Positions 49,583 through 60,286 of a stretch of 64,000 nucleotides of DNA are shown here, one piece after another. Below the pieces are notes generated by a model that worked only from the letters and a program-made list of their open reading frames with translations, did not search any database and had not been told where the DNA came from. A program made the translations under genes and the position numbers. Numbering within the stretch: the first letter of the stretch is position 1; the number at the start of each line of letters is the position of its first letter. This stretch comes from Bacillota bacterium (GTDB lineage Bacteria; Bacillota_I; Bacilli_A; RF39; UBA660): NCBI GenBank assembly GCA_015059155.1, contig SVAX01000001.1:90247-154246 (forward strand). Direction: 5' to 3'.

Positions 49583-51565
49583 CTAATCTAAATTTACTGA
49601 ACTATTAAGTAAATTTACTAAATTTTCATATTTAATTATTTTATTTGTTTCAAGTAATTCTAATGTATCTTCTTTAGCTTTAAGTAATATATTAAAATCT
49701 GTTTTAAAGTCAGCAAGTCTAAAATTCATATCACCACTTTGTCTTACACCAAATAAATCACCACTACCTCTTAATTTAAAATCTTCTTCACTTATTTTAA
49801 ATCCATCTGTAGTTTTAGTCATTATATCAAGTCTTTCTGCTTCCTTATCGCTTACAAGAACACAATAGCTTTGTAAATCATTTCTACCTACTCTACCTCT
49901 TAATTGGTGTAGCTGAGAAAGACCAAACCTATACGCATCAAATATAACCATCATAGTAGCATTTTTAACATCTACACCTACTTCTATAACAGTAGTACTT
50001 ATAAGAATAGTTATATCTCCATTTTTAAAATCTTGCATTACTTTATCTTTTTCAGACTTTTCCATCTTACCATGCATTACACCTATTTTACATATTTTTC
50101 CAAATGCACTTGTCATTTTTTCTTCTAACTCATTTACATTTTCTAAATCAATTCTATCTGATTCTTCTATTAAAGGGGCGATTACATATATTTGATGTTT
50201 AGCTTTAATTTCTTGGTACATTAATTCTAATAATTCTTTTATTTGATTACTTGTTTTTAAATTAGTAATTACTTCTTTTCTACCGCTTGGCATAGTTTTA
50301 ATACTAGATACATCCATATCTCCATAAATAGTTAAAGCATAAGTCCTTGGTATTGGTGTTGCACTTAAATAAAGTATATCAGGGGTTATTCCTTTATTCT
50401 TTAAATTACTTCTTTGATTTACACCAAAACGGTGTTGCTCATCTGTTATAACTAGTCCTAAATTATTATAGTTTACACCCTCACTTATCAAAGCATGTGT
50501 ACCAATAATTATATCTATTTCTTTATTCTCTAATTTCTTATAAATAGCTTTTTTTTCGCTAACTTTTAGTGAACCTGTAAGTAATTCTACATTTATATTA
50601 TAATCTTTAAATATATTTTTTAAGTTAATTAAGTGCTGGTTAGCAAGTACTTCTGTTGGCGCCATAAGTGCTCCTTGATAGCCACTTAAAAAATTTATAT
50701 ATAAAGCAATAATAGCTACTATAGTTTTACCACTTCCAACATCACCCTGTACAAGTCTATTCATTCTATTTATATCAGTTAAATCTTCATAAATTTTATC
50801 CACACATTTACTTTGATCTTCAGTTAATTCAAATGGTAAACTTTTTATAAAATCTATTACTAATTTTTTATCTACAACTCTACTTAAACCTACTTTATTT
50901 TTCTTATTTCTTTTTAAACTATTCATCTTTAACATAAATAAAAATAATTCTTCATATTTTAAATATGCTTGTGCTTTTTTTAAATCTAATTCACTCTTAG
51001 GATTATGTATGTTTAATACTGCTTCTTCTTTTTCTATTAGTTTATATTTTTCTTTTAGATATTCTGGTACATATTCTTCTACTTCATAAAAATCTATATT
51101 ATTTATATATCCTCTTATTTGATTACTACTAATACCACCTATTGCATGATATATGGGTTCTATTACAGGTATATTAGGTAATTTACTAAATCTAATATCA
51201 CTGGCTACTATAGTATTATGTATTTTATCAAATTTACCTATTAAAGTAAGTGTTGCTCCAGGATTTATTTTACTCTTCAAAAATCCTCTATTAAATATAA
51301 CTACATTCATTAAGTAGTTCCCTGTATTAAATTTAAAAGACATTTTATTCATTTTCTTGTTAAAGAAAAATACACTAGGCTTACTCTCTACTATACCATC
51401 TATAATTATTTTATCATCTTGCACTAGTTCTTCTATATTACTTCTTTTTATTACATCATACCTAAAAGGATAATAACTAATTAAATCTTTTGTAGTCATT
51501 ATCCCATTACTTTTTAATATTTTTTCTGTTTTAGGACCTATTCCCTTTAAAGTTCCTATATCCAT
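49583..51565 (-). CDS. recG: ATP-dependent DNA helicase RecG
   Basis: Wedge-domain N-terminus plus helicase motifs GDVGSGKT, DEQHRFG and QLRGRVGR. Confidence 0.9.
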   Translation of the reverse strand: MDIGTLKGIGPKTEKILKSNGIMTTKDLISYYPFRYDVIKRSNIEELVQDDKIIIDGIVESKPSVFFFNKKMNKMSFKFNTGNYLMNVVIFNRGFLKSKINPGATLTLIGKFDKIHNTIVASDIRFSKLPNIPVIEPIYHAIGGISSNQIRGYINNIDFYEVEEYVPEYLKEKYKLIEKEEAVLNIHNPKSELDLKKAQAYLKYEELFLFMLKMNSLKRNKKNKVGLSRVVDKKLVIDFIKSLPFELTEDQSKCVDKIYEDLTDINRMNRLVQGDVGSGKTIVAIIALYINFLSGYQGALMAPTEVLANQHLINLKNIFKDYNINVELLTGSLKVSEKKAIYKKLENKEIDIIIGTHALISEGVNYNNLGLVITDEQHRFGVNQRSNLKNKGITPDILYLSATPIPRTYALTIYGDMDVSSIKTMPSGRKEVITNLKTSNQIKELLELMYQEIKAKHQIYVIAPLIEESDRIDLENVNELEEKMTSAFGKICKIGVMHGKMEKSEKDKVMQDFKNGDITILISTTVIEVGVDVKNATMMVIFDAYRFGLSQLHQLRGRVGRNDLQSYCVLVSDKEAERLDIMTKTTDGFKISEEDFKLRGSGDLFGVRQSGDMNFRLADFKTDFNILLKAKEDTLELLETNKIIKYENLVNLLNSSVNLD

Positions 51566-51575
51566 AAAAACACCT

Positions 51576-52094
51576 CTATATTATATTAGATAAAAGTCCA
51601 AATGATAGCAACATCATTATAATAGATGCGATAAATACACCTAGTAATGCGGCAAGAAATGATTTTTTCTTATCCATTTCAAGTACACTAGCTATTAAGC
51701 ATCCAGTCCAAGCACCTGTTCCTGGTAAAGGTATACCAACAAATAAAACAAGTCCCCAGTAACCATACTTTTCTATTTGACCTTTATGTTTATCTACTTT
51801 TTTATCTAGCCACTTAGCTACACCATTAATCTTATTATTTTTACTATTTCTCATCCAATTTAATATTTTATTTATGAGCCATAATATAAAAGGGATTGGT
51901 AAAATATTGCCTATCATACAAATTAAATAACTAATCCATGGATCCATATTAAATAAAGAAGCAGCTATTAATCCACCTCTAAGTTCAAGTATTGGACACA
52001 TTGATATTATAAATACTATTATTTCTTTTATAAAAGGGATTGCAATTAAACTTCCTAAACTCCCTACAATACCTTTAACAATTTTATCTGCCAT
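51576..52094 (-). CDS. Small multidrug export protein family (COG2426-like) membrane protein
   Basis: CPILELRGGLIAA motif and four to five TM helices. Confidence 0.55.
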   Translation of the reverse strand: MADKIVKGIVGSLGSLIAIPFIKEIIVFIISMCPILELRGGLIAASLFNMDPWISYLICMIGNILPIPFILWLINKILNWMRNSKNNKINGVAKWLDKKVDKHKGQIEKYGYWGLVLFVGIPLPGTGAWTGCLIASVLEMDKKKSFLAALLGVFIASIIMMLLSFGLLSNII

Positions 52095-52216
52095 TATTTA
52101 TCACTCCTATTCAATTATAACATATTTTTATGCTAAAAATATAATAATATAAACTTTTTTTATTTTTTTAAGAAAAAGTGTTGACAAAATAACTTTTTTG
52201 GATTAGTATATTAAGT

Positions 52217-52310
52217 ACCAATTCGGAATTAGGCGAATTGGTGCTAGTATCACACTAGCCAACCCCTTTTTATTCTTTTATAGAAACTGCTCAGGGGGCA
52301 GTTTCTTTTT
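52217..52310 (+). ncRNA. Candidate small RNA with its own promoter and terminator
   Basis: TTGACA (52181-52186), 17 nt, TAGTAT (52204-52209). Hairpins are ACCAATTCG...CGAATTGGT and GCTAGT-ATCAC-ACTAGC. A C-rich single strand (CCAACCCC) follows, then the terminator GAAACTGC-TCAGGG-GCAGTTTC plus T5. No plus-strand ORF follows. The terminator may simply be the bidirectional hemW terminator. Confidence 0.3.
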
Positions 52311-52326
52311 GTTAACAAAAAAAGAG

Positions 52327-53412
52327 TTAATCAATAAACTCTACTAATATATCATTAGAAACATATATGTAATCTGGATTTATATATATGTTTTTTTCAT
52401 CTTCTAATAAATTATTACACTCTAGTAATTTATTAACTACCTCTATATTTTTTATATCTTTATTATATTTATTTTTAAATATTTCCTTATTAATACCATT
52501 AATCTTTCTAAGTCCTAGTATAAATTCATTTTCTATGATTTCATTTAAATCTAATTTATGAGATTCTTTTACGTATTCACCACTTAAATATCTATTAAAA
52601 CTTCTAGTATTTTCATATCTTATATTATCTATATACCCACTAGCACCCAATCCAAATCCATAATACTCATTATTATTCCAATAGGTTAAATTATGTTTTG
52701 ATTCATAACCAACTTTTGAAAAATTACTAATTTCATAATGATTATAACCATTATCTTTTAACTTATTACATATAAGTTTATACATTTCAAAATCTATATC
52801 TTCATCTATATTATTATAATTATTAATATATATTTTAGTATTAGGTTCTATTATAAGAGAATATGTAGATATATGCGTTATGTTTAATTTTAAGAATTCT
52901 TCTATATCCTCATTTAATTCTTCTAATGTTTGATTAGGTAAACCATATATTAAATCAATATTTATATTTTTAAATCCTATTTCCTTAGCTAAATTTATTT
53001 TTTCTATTATTTCTTGTTTAGTATGATTTCTATTTAAAAAAGTTAAATATTTTTCATTAAAAGTTTGAATACCTATACTTAGTCTATTAACTCCATTATC
53101 ATAAAGTAATTTTAATTTATCTTTTGTAATATTTTCTATATTACATTCAAAAGTAAACTCATACTCTTTATTCCTATTTAATACTTTTATTATGCTAAAC
53201 AACTTAATCAATTGTTCTAAATTTAAGCAACTTGGAGTTCCTCCACCAATATAAATTGTATTTAAAATTTCACCTTTATATTTAGTATTTATTTCTTTTT
53301 CTAAAGCATTTAAATATTTATTTATCCATTCATCATTTCTAATAAATTTACAAAAATCACAATAACTACAAATAGTATCACAAAAAGGAATATGTATATA
53401 AGCTGATTCCAT
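52327..53412 (-). CDS. hemW: Radical SAM heme chaperone HemW (HemN-like, oxygen-independent coproporphyrinogen oxidase family)
   Basis: CDTICSYCDF (Cx3Cx2C), GGGTPS and the HemN_C region. Confidence 0.85.
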   Translation of the reverse strand: MESAYIHIPFCDTICSYCDFCKFIRNDEWINKYLNALEKEINTKYKGEILNTIYIGGGTPSCLNLEQLIKLFSIIKVLNRNKEYEFTFECNIENITKDKLKLLYDNGVNRLSIGIQTFNEKYLTFLNRNHTKQEIIEKINLAKEIGFKNINIDLIYGLPNQTLEELNEDIEEFLKLNITHISTYSLIIEPNTKIYINNYNNIDEDIDFEMYKLICNKLKDNGYNHYEISNFSKVGYESKHNLTYWNNNEYYGFGLGASGYIDNIRYENTRSFNRYLSGEYVKESHKLDLNEIIENEFILGLRKINGINKEIFKNKYNKDIKNIEVVNKLLECNNLLEDEKNIYINPDYIYVSNDILVEFID

Positions 53413-53996
53413 TATTTTTTACTTTTCATTTTTTGAGATCTAATATCATAAAAATATCCAGATAATAATTCTAATTTATCTCTTAATATTTCATTTGTTG
53501 TAAACTTATCTCTTTTTTCTAAACTTGTTCTATTAATGCCATAGTACTGTGAAAAACTTGATCTAGGAATAACATTTTTTATTCTATACCTAGTTATTAT
53601 ATCAATTTCTTCTTTTGTTAAGTTCTCTTTTCCTAATTTATTTTTTACTTTTTCAAAATCTTTTTCTGTTTTATTTAACTCTTCTAATATAGTTATTATC
53701 TCTTCTTTTGTTCCTTCTTTTGTTAATTTATTATAACGTTTTATAAAATTAGCTGCTCTTTCATAAGAAATTCTAGAAACAGTTTCTCTCTCATTTATAG
53801 TTTCACAAAAGAATAAATATTTAAATTTATCTAATATTTCATAATTATTATCTATTGAATCACAAATATTTTTATAAACTTCTAATTTTATTGCTTCATT
53901 ATTCTCTTTCCCTAATATTTTACAAACATTATCTAAAGATAATCTAAATTCTAGTGCCATTTTACCTATAAATATATATAATTTTTTATTTTTCAT
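53412..53996 (-). CDS. Hypothetical protein (194 aa) between lepA and hemW
   Basis: Start and stop codons overlap both neighbours. No recognisable motif. Confidence 0.4.
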   Translation of the reverse strand: MKNKKLYIFIGKMALEFRLSLDNVCKILGKENNEAIKLEVYKNICDSIDNNYEILDKFKYLFFCETINERETVSRISYERAANFIKRYNKLTKEGTKEEIITILEELNKTEKDFEKVKNKLGKENLTKEEIDIITRYRIKNVIPRSSFSQYYGINRTSLEKRDKFTTNEILRDKLELLSGYFYDIRSQKMKSKK

Positions 53997-55804
53997 TAAT
54001 CTTCCTCCATAGAAAGTACTGCTAGGAATGCTTCTTGAGGTACTTCTACACTACCTACCATTTTCATTCTTTTCTTACCTTCTTTTTGTTTTTCTAATAA
54101 TTTTCTTTTTCTAGATACGTCTCCACCATAACATTTAGCAAGTACATTTTTTCTAACTGCTTTAATGTCACTTCTAGCTATTGCTTTCGTACCTATTACT
54201 GCTTGTATTGGTATTTCAAATTGCTGACGCGGTATCAACTTTCTTAAATTTTCAACAATTGCTTTACCTCTATTATAAGCAAAATCTTTATGTACTATTA
54301 AACTTAAAGCATCTACTATATCTCCGTTTAATAGTATATCCATTTTAACTAAATTACTTGGCTTATAACCTATTATTTCGTAATCAAAAGATGCATAACC
54401 CTTTGTATAACTTTTAAGTTTATCAAAGAAATCATATACTATTTCTGATAAAGGTATTTCATAATGTATATTTACACGTGTAGTATCTATATATTCCATA
54501 GATACATAGTTACCACGTTTATTTTGACATAATTCCATAATAGGTCCAATATATTCACTAGGTACGAATATATTAGTTTTTATATAAGGTTCTTTTATTT
54601 CTTTTATTTTTTGTCTTTCAGGCATTTTAGCAGGGCTATCTACATAAACCGTACTTTTATCAGTCATTAATACCTCATAAACAACAGAAGGTGATGTAGC
54701 AATTAAATCTATACCAAATTCTCTTTCTATTCTCTCTTCTATTATTTCCATATGAAGTAATCCTAAAAATCCACATCTAAACCCAAAACCTAATGCTTGT
54801 GATGTTTCTGGTTCAAACTCTAATGAAGCATCATTAAGTTTTAATTTTTCTAAAGCTTCTCTAAGATCAGGAAACTTGTTTGATTCTATTGGATAAAGTC
54901 CACAAAATACCATAGGTTTCATTGGTTTATATCCTGGTAATGGTTGTAAACTAGCATCTTTTTCTAAAGTAATTGTATCTCCAACTTTTACATCTTGTAT
55001 TTTCTTTATACTAGCACATAAATAACCAACTTCTCCAGTAGTTAATTCATTTTTCTTAGTTACATGCGGAGTATTTACACCAAGTTCAACTACATCGTAA
55101 ACTGTGTTAGTGGCAAACATTTTTATTTTATCTCCTACTTTAACACTACCATTAACTATTCTAATTAAAGTAACTATACCTCTATAAGAATCAAAATAAC
55201 TATCAAAAATTAAAGCTTGTAATTTTTCTTCTTTTTTGCCTTTTGGAGCAGGAACTCTATCTATTACTGCTTCTATTAAGTCTTTTATTCCTATACCATT
55301 TTTCGCACTACAAAGAATTATTTCATCCTCATTAAAACCTAAATTATCTTTTAATTCTTTTTTTACCTTTTCTACATCTGCATTAGGTAAATCTATTTTA
55401 TTTATAACAGGAATAATTGTTAAATCATTTTCCATAGCTAAATATAAGTTGGCTAAAGTCTGAGCTTCGATTCCTTGTGCAGCATCTACAACAAGAATAG
55501 CTCCTTCACAAGCAGCTAAACTTCTTGATACTTCATAAGTAAAGTCCACATGTCCTGGAGTATCTATTAAGTGAAGTGTATAATCTTCTCCTTTGTAATT
55601 ATATTTTAACTGCACTGTATTCAATTTAATTGTTATTCCTCTTTCTCTTTCAATATCCATACTATCTAAGAGTTGAGACTGTTTTTCTCTTTCTGTAATC
55701 GCACCTGTTATATCAAGTAATCTATCTGCAAGTGTACTTTTACCATGATCTATATGAGCGATTATGGAAAAATTTCTAATATTTTCCTGTTTCATTTCTT
55801 TCAC
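53996..55804 (-). CDS. lepA: Elongation factor 4 (LepA)
   Basis: G1 [21 protein letters not shown] and the LepA_C region. Confidence 0.95.
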   Translation of the reverse strand: MKEMKQENIRNFSIIAHIDHGKSTLADRLLDITGAITEREKQSQLLDSMDIERERGITIKLNTVQLKYNYKGEDYTLHLIDTPGHVDFTYEVSRSLAACEGAILVVDAAQGIEAQTLANLYLAMENDLTIIPVINKIDLPNADVEKVKKELKDNLGFNEDEIILCSAKNGIGIKDLIEAVIDRVPAPKGKKEEKLQALIFDSYFDSYRGIVTLIRIVNGSVKVGDKIKMFATNTVYDVVELGVNTPHVTKKNELTTGEVGYLCASIKKIQDVKVGDTITLEKDASLQPLPGYKPMKPMVFCGLYPIESNKFPDLREALEKLKLNDASLEFEPETSQALGFGFRCGFLGLLHMEIIEERIEREFGIDLIATSPSVVYEVLMTDKSTVYVDSPAKMPERQKIKEIKEPYIKTNIFVPSEYIGPIMELCQNKRGNYVSMEYIDTTRVNIHYEIPLSEIVYDFFDKLKSYTKGYASFDYEIIGYKPSNLVKMDILLNGDIVDALSLIVHKDFAYNRGKAIVENLRKLIPRQQFEIPIQAVIGTKAIARSDIKAVRKNVLAKCYGGDVSRKRKLLEKQKEGKKRMKMVGSVEVPQEAFLAVLSMEED

Positions 55805-55849
55805 CTATTAATTATTATATCAAAAAAACATATTAATTTAAATATGTTT

Positions 55850-56938
55850 TTAATAGTTTTCTAATACATATTTTTTTAAAATCTCTTTTTTATTCTCAAG
55901 TAATTTATTTACTAATTTATATTCTAAATCATTAAATATTTCTTTTAAAAACTTCCCAGGCTTTTTATTTAATAATTCACATATTTCTTTAGCTTCTATT
56001 TTTATATCTGTTTTATTATGTATATATAAATTATTATATCTTTCATTAACTATTTTTTTATCTATACCTTTTATCTCACTTACTATTGTAGATATATATA
56101 ATCCATAATTATATAAATTATTATAATTTAATATATCTTTATCTAGTAATTCATTTATTTTTATTATAGACTCCTTTTCAGTATTATTAAATGTATATTT
56201 ATTAAGTACATTAACTTGTGCCCATATACCTATTAAATAAGTAGTAGATACTATATTATCTAAATTAGATAATTCTAAATCTTCTTCAAGTTCTAATTCT
56301 TTAATTAATTTTATTCCTTTCATATGATTTGGACTAGAAAATATTTTATCTAATTCTTCTTTTTTTCTATAATAAGATAAATTTTTAAGTAATGCGCCAT
56401 GTTTTTTTATAGCTTGTTTTAAATCTTCATCTAAATCAAAATCTAATACTGTCGCAAATCTTATAGCTCTAAGTATTCTAAGAGAATCTTCATATATTTT
56501 TAAATCAGCATTTCCAACAGTCCTAATTATTTTATTATCTATATCTTCCTTACCATTTAATAAATCTATTATAATCCCATCACTATCAATACACATAGTA
56601 TTCATAGTAAAATCTCTTCTTTTTAGATCATCTAATAAATTATCAATATATTCTATTTCTATTGGTTTTCTATTATTTAAATATTTAATATCTTTCCTAA
56701 AAGTTGTTATTTCAAAACGCATTCCTTGACTTATTAAAGTTACTGATCCATATTGTTCTGTTGGAAGTATAGAATCACCAAATATTTCTTTTAATTCTTT
56801 TGGAGTAGCATTAGTACATATATCATAATCTAAACTATCTCTTCCTATATATAAATCTCTAGGATATCCACCTACTAGATAAGCTAAATACCCATGTGCT
56901 TTAATTTTTTTAAGTATGCCTAAAGCAACTTCATTCAT
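55850..56938 (-). CDS. cca: CCA-adding tRNA nucleotidyltransferase
   Basis: GGYPRDLYIG, DYDICT and RRDFTMN motifs of class II nucleotidyltransferases. Confidence 0.8.
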   Translation of the reverse strand: MNEVALGILKKIKAHGYLAYLVGGYPRDLYIGRDSLDYDICTNATPKELKEIFGDSILPTEQYGSVTLISQGMRFEITTFRKDIKYLNNRKPIEIEYIDNLLDDLKRRDFTMNTMCIDSDGIIIDLLNGKEDIDNKIIRTVGNADLKIYEDSLRILRAIRFATVLDFDLDEDLKQAIKKHGALLKNLSYYRKKEELDKIFSSPNHMKGIKLIKELELEEDLELSNLDNIVSTTYLIGIWAQVNVLNKYTFNNTEKESIIKINELLDKDILNYNNLYNYGLYISTIVSEIKGIDKKIVNERYNNLYIHNKTDIKIEAKEICELLNKKPGKFLKEIFNDLEYKLVNKLLENKKEILKKYVLENY

Positions 56939-57070
56939 TCTATCACCTATTATCATTATATCAAATTTTTTAAATTAAAGAAAGAAAAGTATGATTTAGT
57001 TTTAACTAAATCATACTTCCTTATAAATTAAAAGTACTTTTAGCGTAAATTTATTTACACTAATTATAAT

Positions 57071-59707
57071 TTAAGCTCTTTTTATCAATTTTATACAATC
57101 ATAACGATTGCCATTTTTATCTTCAATATAGCCATATACATTAAATGCACCTTTTTTAGAACTTGGTATTGTCATACTTTGTGTTTTTTCATATTTAGAT
57201 GCATCATAACTTAATCCATAATTATAGTCACTTAAAGATCCGTCTGTTATTTTTAAACTTAATTTTACAGTTACATCTTTAGTATACCAACCGTCTTTAC
57301 TAGTTCCTGTTGTCTCTATTTTACAGTAAGGATGAGGTTCGTTATTTGTGGTAATTTCAATAGCATTTTTTCCACTTGTTCTATCTTTACACATATATAC
57401 ACCATTTTCTAATGAAACACTACCGCAATAAGCATCTTCATAGAAATTTTTAGTCCATTGCGTAGATAAGCCAGAAGTATCTAAAGTCACATTTATTGGA
57501 AGCTCATTTTTATAATAACCTATATGCGCTCTTTCAACTCCCCAAACAGGTGTTTTTCCATAATCATATATACATATTGCTTCACCATTTTGATGAGGAT
57601 AACAATAGTTAGTATTTGATGTGTTTCCTAAAAGAGGATATCTTATTTTTAAAAGATCAGATGTTTGTGATTGTATATTTGTATAAGTCATATCTCCTTT
57701 TAATGTAGGCCTTTTCTTCTCATCAAAATTTGCATCAGATAATAACGTCTTTGCACCACCCTGCACTAAGAAAAGGCCTGTTGAATTAGACGGGATATTA
57801 TTTACAAATATATCAGAAGCAGATATGCTAGGAACATATAAATCATAATTAAAATCAAATGTGCTTGTAACATTATAATACAAGATTCTTGGAGATGTAT
57901 CTCCTGTTTTTATATTAAAATAAACATTATCTATATTTACATTACCATTCCAAACAGAACCATAATCTTGTCGTAAGTTAATCATAATATTGGCTTGGTC
58001 AACACTTGAATTATTTAAATTTAGATTCCCTTTACCTGTTACATTAATTGAATGTAAACCGATTATAGAATTGGAAATATCTAAATTTAGCAGTGAGAAA
58101 TGTGAGTCTATTCTATTTAGTTTAGAATTAACTATTTTCCAATTTTTTATATCACTAGTTCCGGTTAATCCACGGTAATTTTCATCCAACATATTAATTT
58201 CATAACACTCTTGTGTAGTTTCTCCTTCGTTACAAGTGTATCCTACATTCTCGAAAGTAATATTTGAGCTATAACCCATTCCTATATCATACGTGCCGTC
58301 CATACCTTCTTTACCATCAGAGGACTTACTTAAATGTACTCTAAAATTAGAATTTTTTATTGTAATATCTGAAGTTGTTTGTATAGTTAAGAAACCATTA
58401 CTATAATACATTGGTTTGTCATTATCTATAATATAATGATTCAAGTTATCAATTTCAACGTTTGGTCTGTTAATTTTTAATCCACCTTTAACAGAACATT
58501 TATTAGATGTATTTCCCGAAGCTTTACAAGCTAAAAAATCTGATGATTTAGTTATAAAATTTATATTTTTTAAAGATAATGTCTCATTGGGAATTTCAAA
58601 TACCTTAATTTGACCATTATTCTTGATATTAGTTTGTCCATTATCATACTTATATTCATATAAAAGATTGTTTGAATCACTAATTTTACCATTTGAATCA
58701 ACTTTAAAATAATCCACTTTAGTTGAAGAACCCATTACTTGACCAGTACTATTATTAATTCTATTAATTAAATCTGTAGAATCTAAACCAATATAATAGT
58801 CATATTCTTCTTTAATATTGCTTTGAATTGGTTTTAAAATTTGTGAAAAATCAGTGGTTTCTGAATTATAAGTAAAATTTCCTATATTCCTACTCATTAT
58901 AAGATATCTAGTTGCTGGAACAATAAACACTTCTGCTTTTCTTAAAGTAGCACCTGTATCATCTATTACTGTATCATCTATTATTATCGTTGAATTATTC
59001 CAATCCACATTTGTTTTTATTTCTATGGATAAATCATTTCCAGTTTCATCTTTAGGTAACGATGAAATATAATAAGTGCGATTTTTATTTGCTATTACTT
59101 CTATTCCTTTTTCATTAGCGCACTTATGAGCATAATAAATAGCCATTGCATCATTATCTTTTCCAGTTCCCATTGCATAAAAATCTTCATATGTAATATA
59201 TCCTTTTTTTGTTACTCTTTCATCACAACTAAGAGTAGCAAAAAATTTTTGATCCATATCAGCCCAAATTATTCCTTCATCTGTAATAAATGCTAGATAC
59301 GCTGATCTAAAATCATCATCTATAATTACTTTATCAATTGGTATTTTACCAGATGCAGAATATTTACCATTATCAATAACAAAATAACCAATAGTATCAT
59401 TTGATTTATTAGTAAAAAGTTTAATTTTATAATTATAACCTTTATAACTATCATTATTTTCAAGTAGTATAGCATTTTGCTCATTTTCTATATTAGAAAA
59501 AATAATGTTTTCTTTTTCTTGTTTAATGTTTTCTAACACAAATTGTTTTTCTGCATCATTAACCATTTCTTCAACATTTAATTTAAACGCAGATATCTCA
59601 GCTTTTTTTATTATACCAAGTATAATAGGTGTCGCAATCATAGCAACAATAGCTAATATTACTATTACAGCTAACAATTCTATTAATGTAAAACCCTTTT
59701 TCTTCAT
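57071..59707 (-). CDS. Very large (about 880 aa) prepilin-type N-terminal cleavage/methylation domain protein
   Basis: MKKKG|FTLIELLAVIVILAIVAMIATPII class III signal with Glu+5. The remainder is a large N/S/T/G-rich, probably beta-rich domain. Confidence 0.7.
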   Translation of the reverse strand: MKKKGFTLIELLAVIVILAIVAMIATPIILGIIKKAEISAFKLNVEEMVNDAEKQFVLENIKQEKENIIFSNIENEQNAILLENNDSYKGYNYKIKLFTNKSNDTIGYFVIDNGKYSASGKIPIDKVIIDDDFRSAYLAFITDEGIIWADMDQKFFATLSCDERVTKKGYITYEDFYAMGTGKDNDAMAIYYAHKCANEKGIEVIANKNRTYYISSLPKDETGNDLSIEIKTNVDWNNSTIIIDDTVIDDTGATLRKAEVFIVPATRYLIMSRNIGNFTYNSETTDFSQILKPIQSNIKEEYDYYIGLDSTDLINRINNSTGQVMGSSTKVDYFKVDSNGKISDSNNLLYEYKYDNGQTNIKNNGQIKVFEIPNETLSLKNINFITKSSDFLACKASGNTSNKCSVKGGLKINRPNVEIDNLNHYIIDNDKPMYYSNGFLTIQTTSDITIKNSNFRVHLSKSSDGKEGMDGTYDIGMGYSSNITFENVGYTCNEGETTQECYEINMLDENYRGLTGTSDIKNWKIVNSKLNRIDSHFSLLNLDISNSIIGLHSINVTGKGNLNLNNSSVDQANIMINLRQDYGSVWNGNVNIDNVYFNIKTGDTSPRILYYNVTSTFDFNYDLYVPSISASDIFVNNIPSNSTGLFLVQGGAKTLLSDANFDEKKRPTLKGDMTYTNIQSQTSDLLKIRYPLLGNTSNTNYCYPHQNGEAICIYDYGKTPVWGVERAHIGYYKNELPINVTLDTSGLSTQWTKNFYEDAYCGSVSLENGVYMCKDRTSGKNAIEITTNNEPHPYCKIETTGTSKDGWYTKDVTVKLSLKITDGSLSDYNYGLSYDASKYEKTQSMTIPSSKKGAFNVYGYIEDKNGNRYDCIKLIKRA

Positions 59708-59888
59708 TTTATCATTCATCCTTATTTAAATTTACCTTATATATATTCTTATAAGACTATTGTTATTATTAAATACTATTTTAATTATAACACTTATTCT
59801 TATTTTTTTCTACATTATTCTCGCAACTTTTTTTATTTTTTTGAATAAAAAAAGCAACCACATTTGTGTTTGCTTTAATTATACATTA

Positions 59889-60161
59889 TTAGTTTAATGC
59901 TTCTTTTAATTTAGATCCAGCTTTTCCTTTAACTGCAACTCTTGCAGGTATTTTAACTGTTTCACCAGTTCTTGGATTACGTCCTTCTTTAGCAGCTTTC
60001 TTTTCAGCACTGAAAGTAAAGAATCCTGTTAAAGTTACTTTTCCTTCTTTTTTTAATCCTTCTGTTACTCCACCCATGAAAGCATCAAGTGCACGAGTAG
60101 CATCTGCTTTTGTTAATCCAGCTTCTTCAGCTATATAATTTACTAAATCTGTTTTAGTCAT
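59889..60161 (-). CDS. hup: HU-family DNA-binding protein
   Basis: MTKTDLVNYIAE...GRNPRTGETVKIPA, the typical HU arm. Confidence 0.9.
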   Translation of the reverse strand: MTKTDLVNYIAEEAGLTKADATRALDAFMGGVTEGLKKEGKVTLTGFFTFSAEKKAAKEGRNPRTGETVKIPARVAVKGKAGSKLKEALN

Positions 60162-60286
60162 TATGACTACCTCCCTATCTAATTAATAAGCTATCTTGCT
60201 TACAATCTAATATTACCATATAAAAGGTAGGTTTGCAACAATTTTTGAAAAAAAACTTAATTTTTCCTTGTTTTTCAAAGAAAAAA

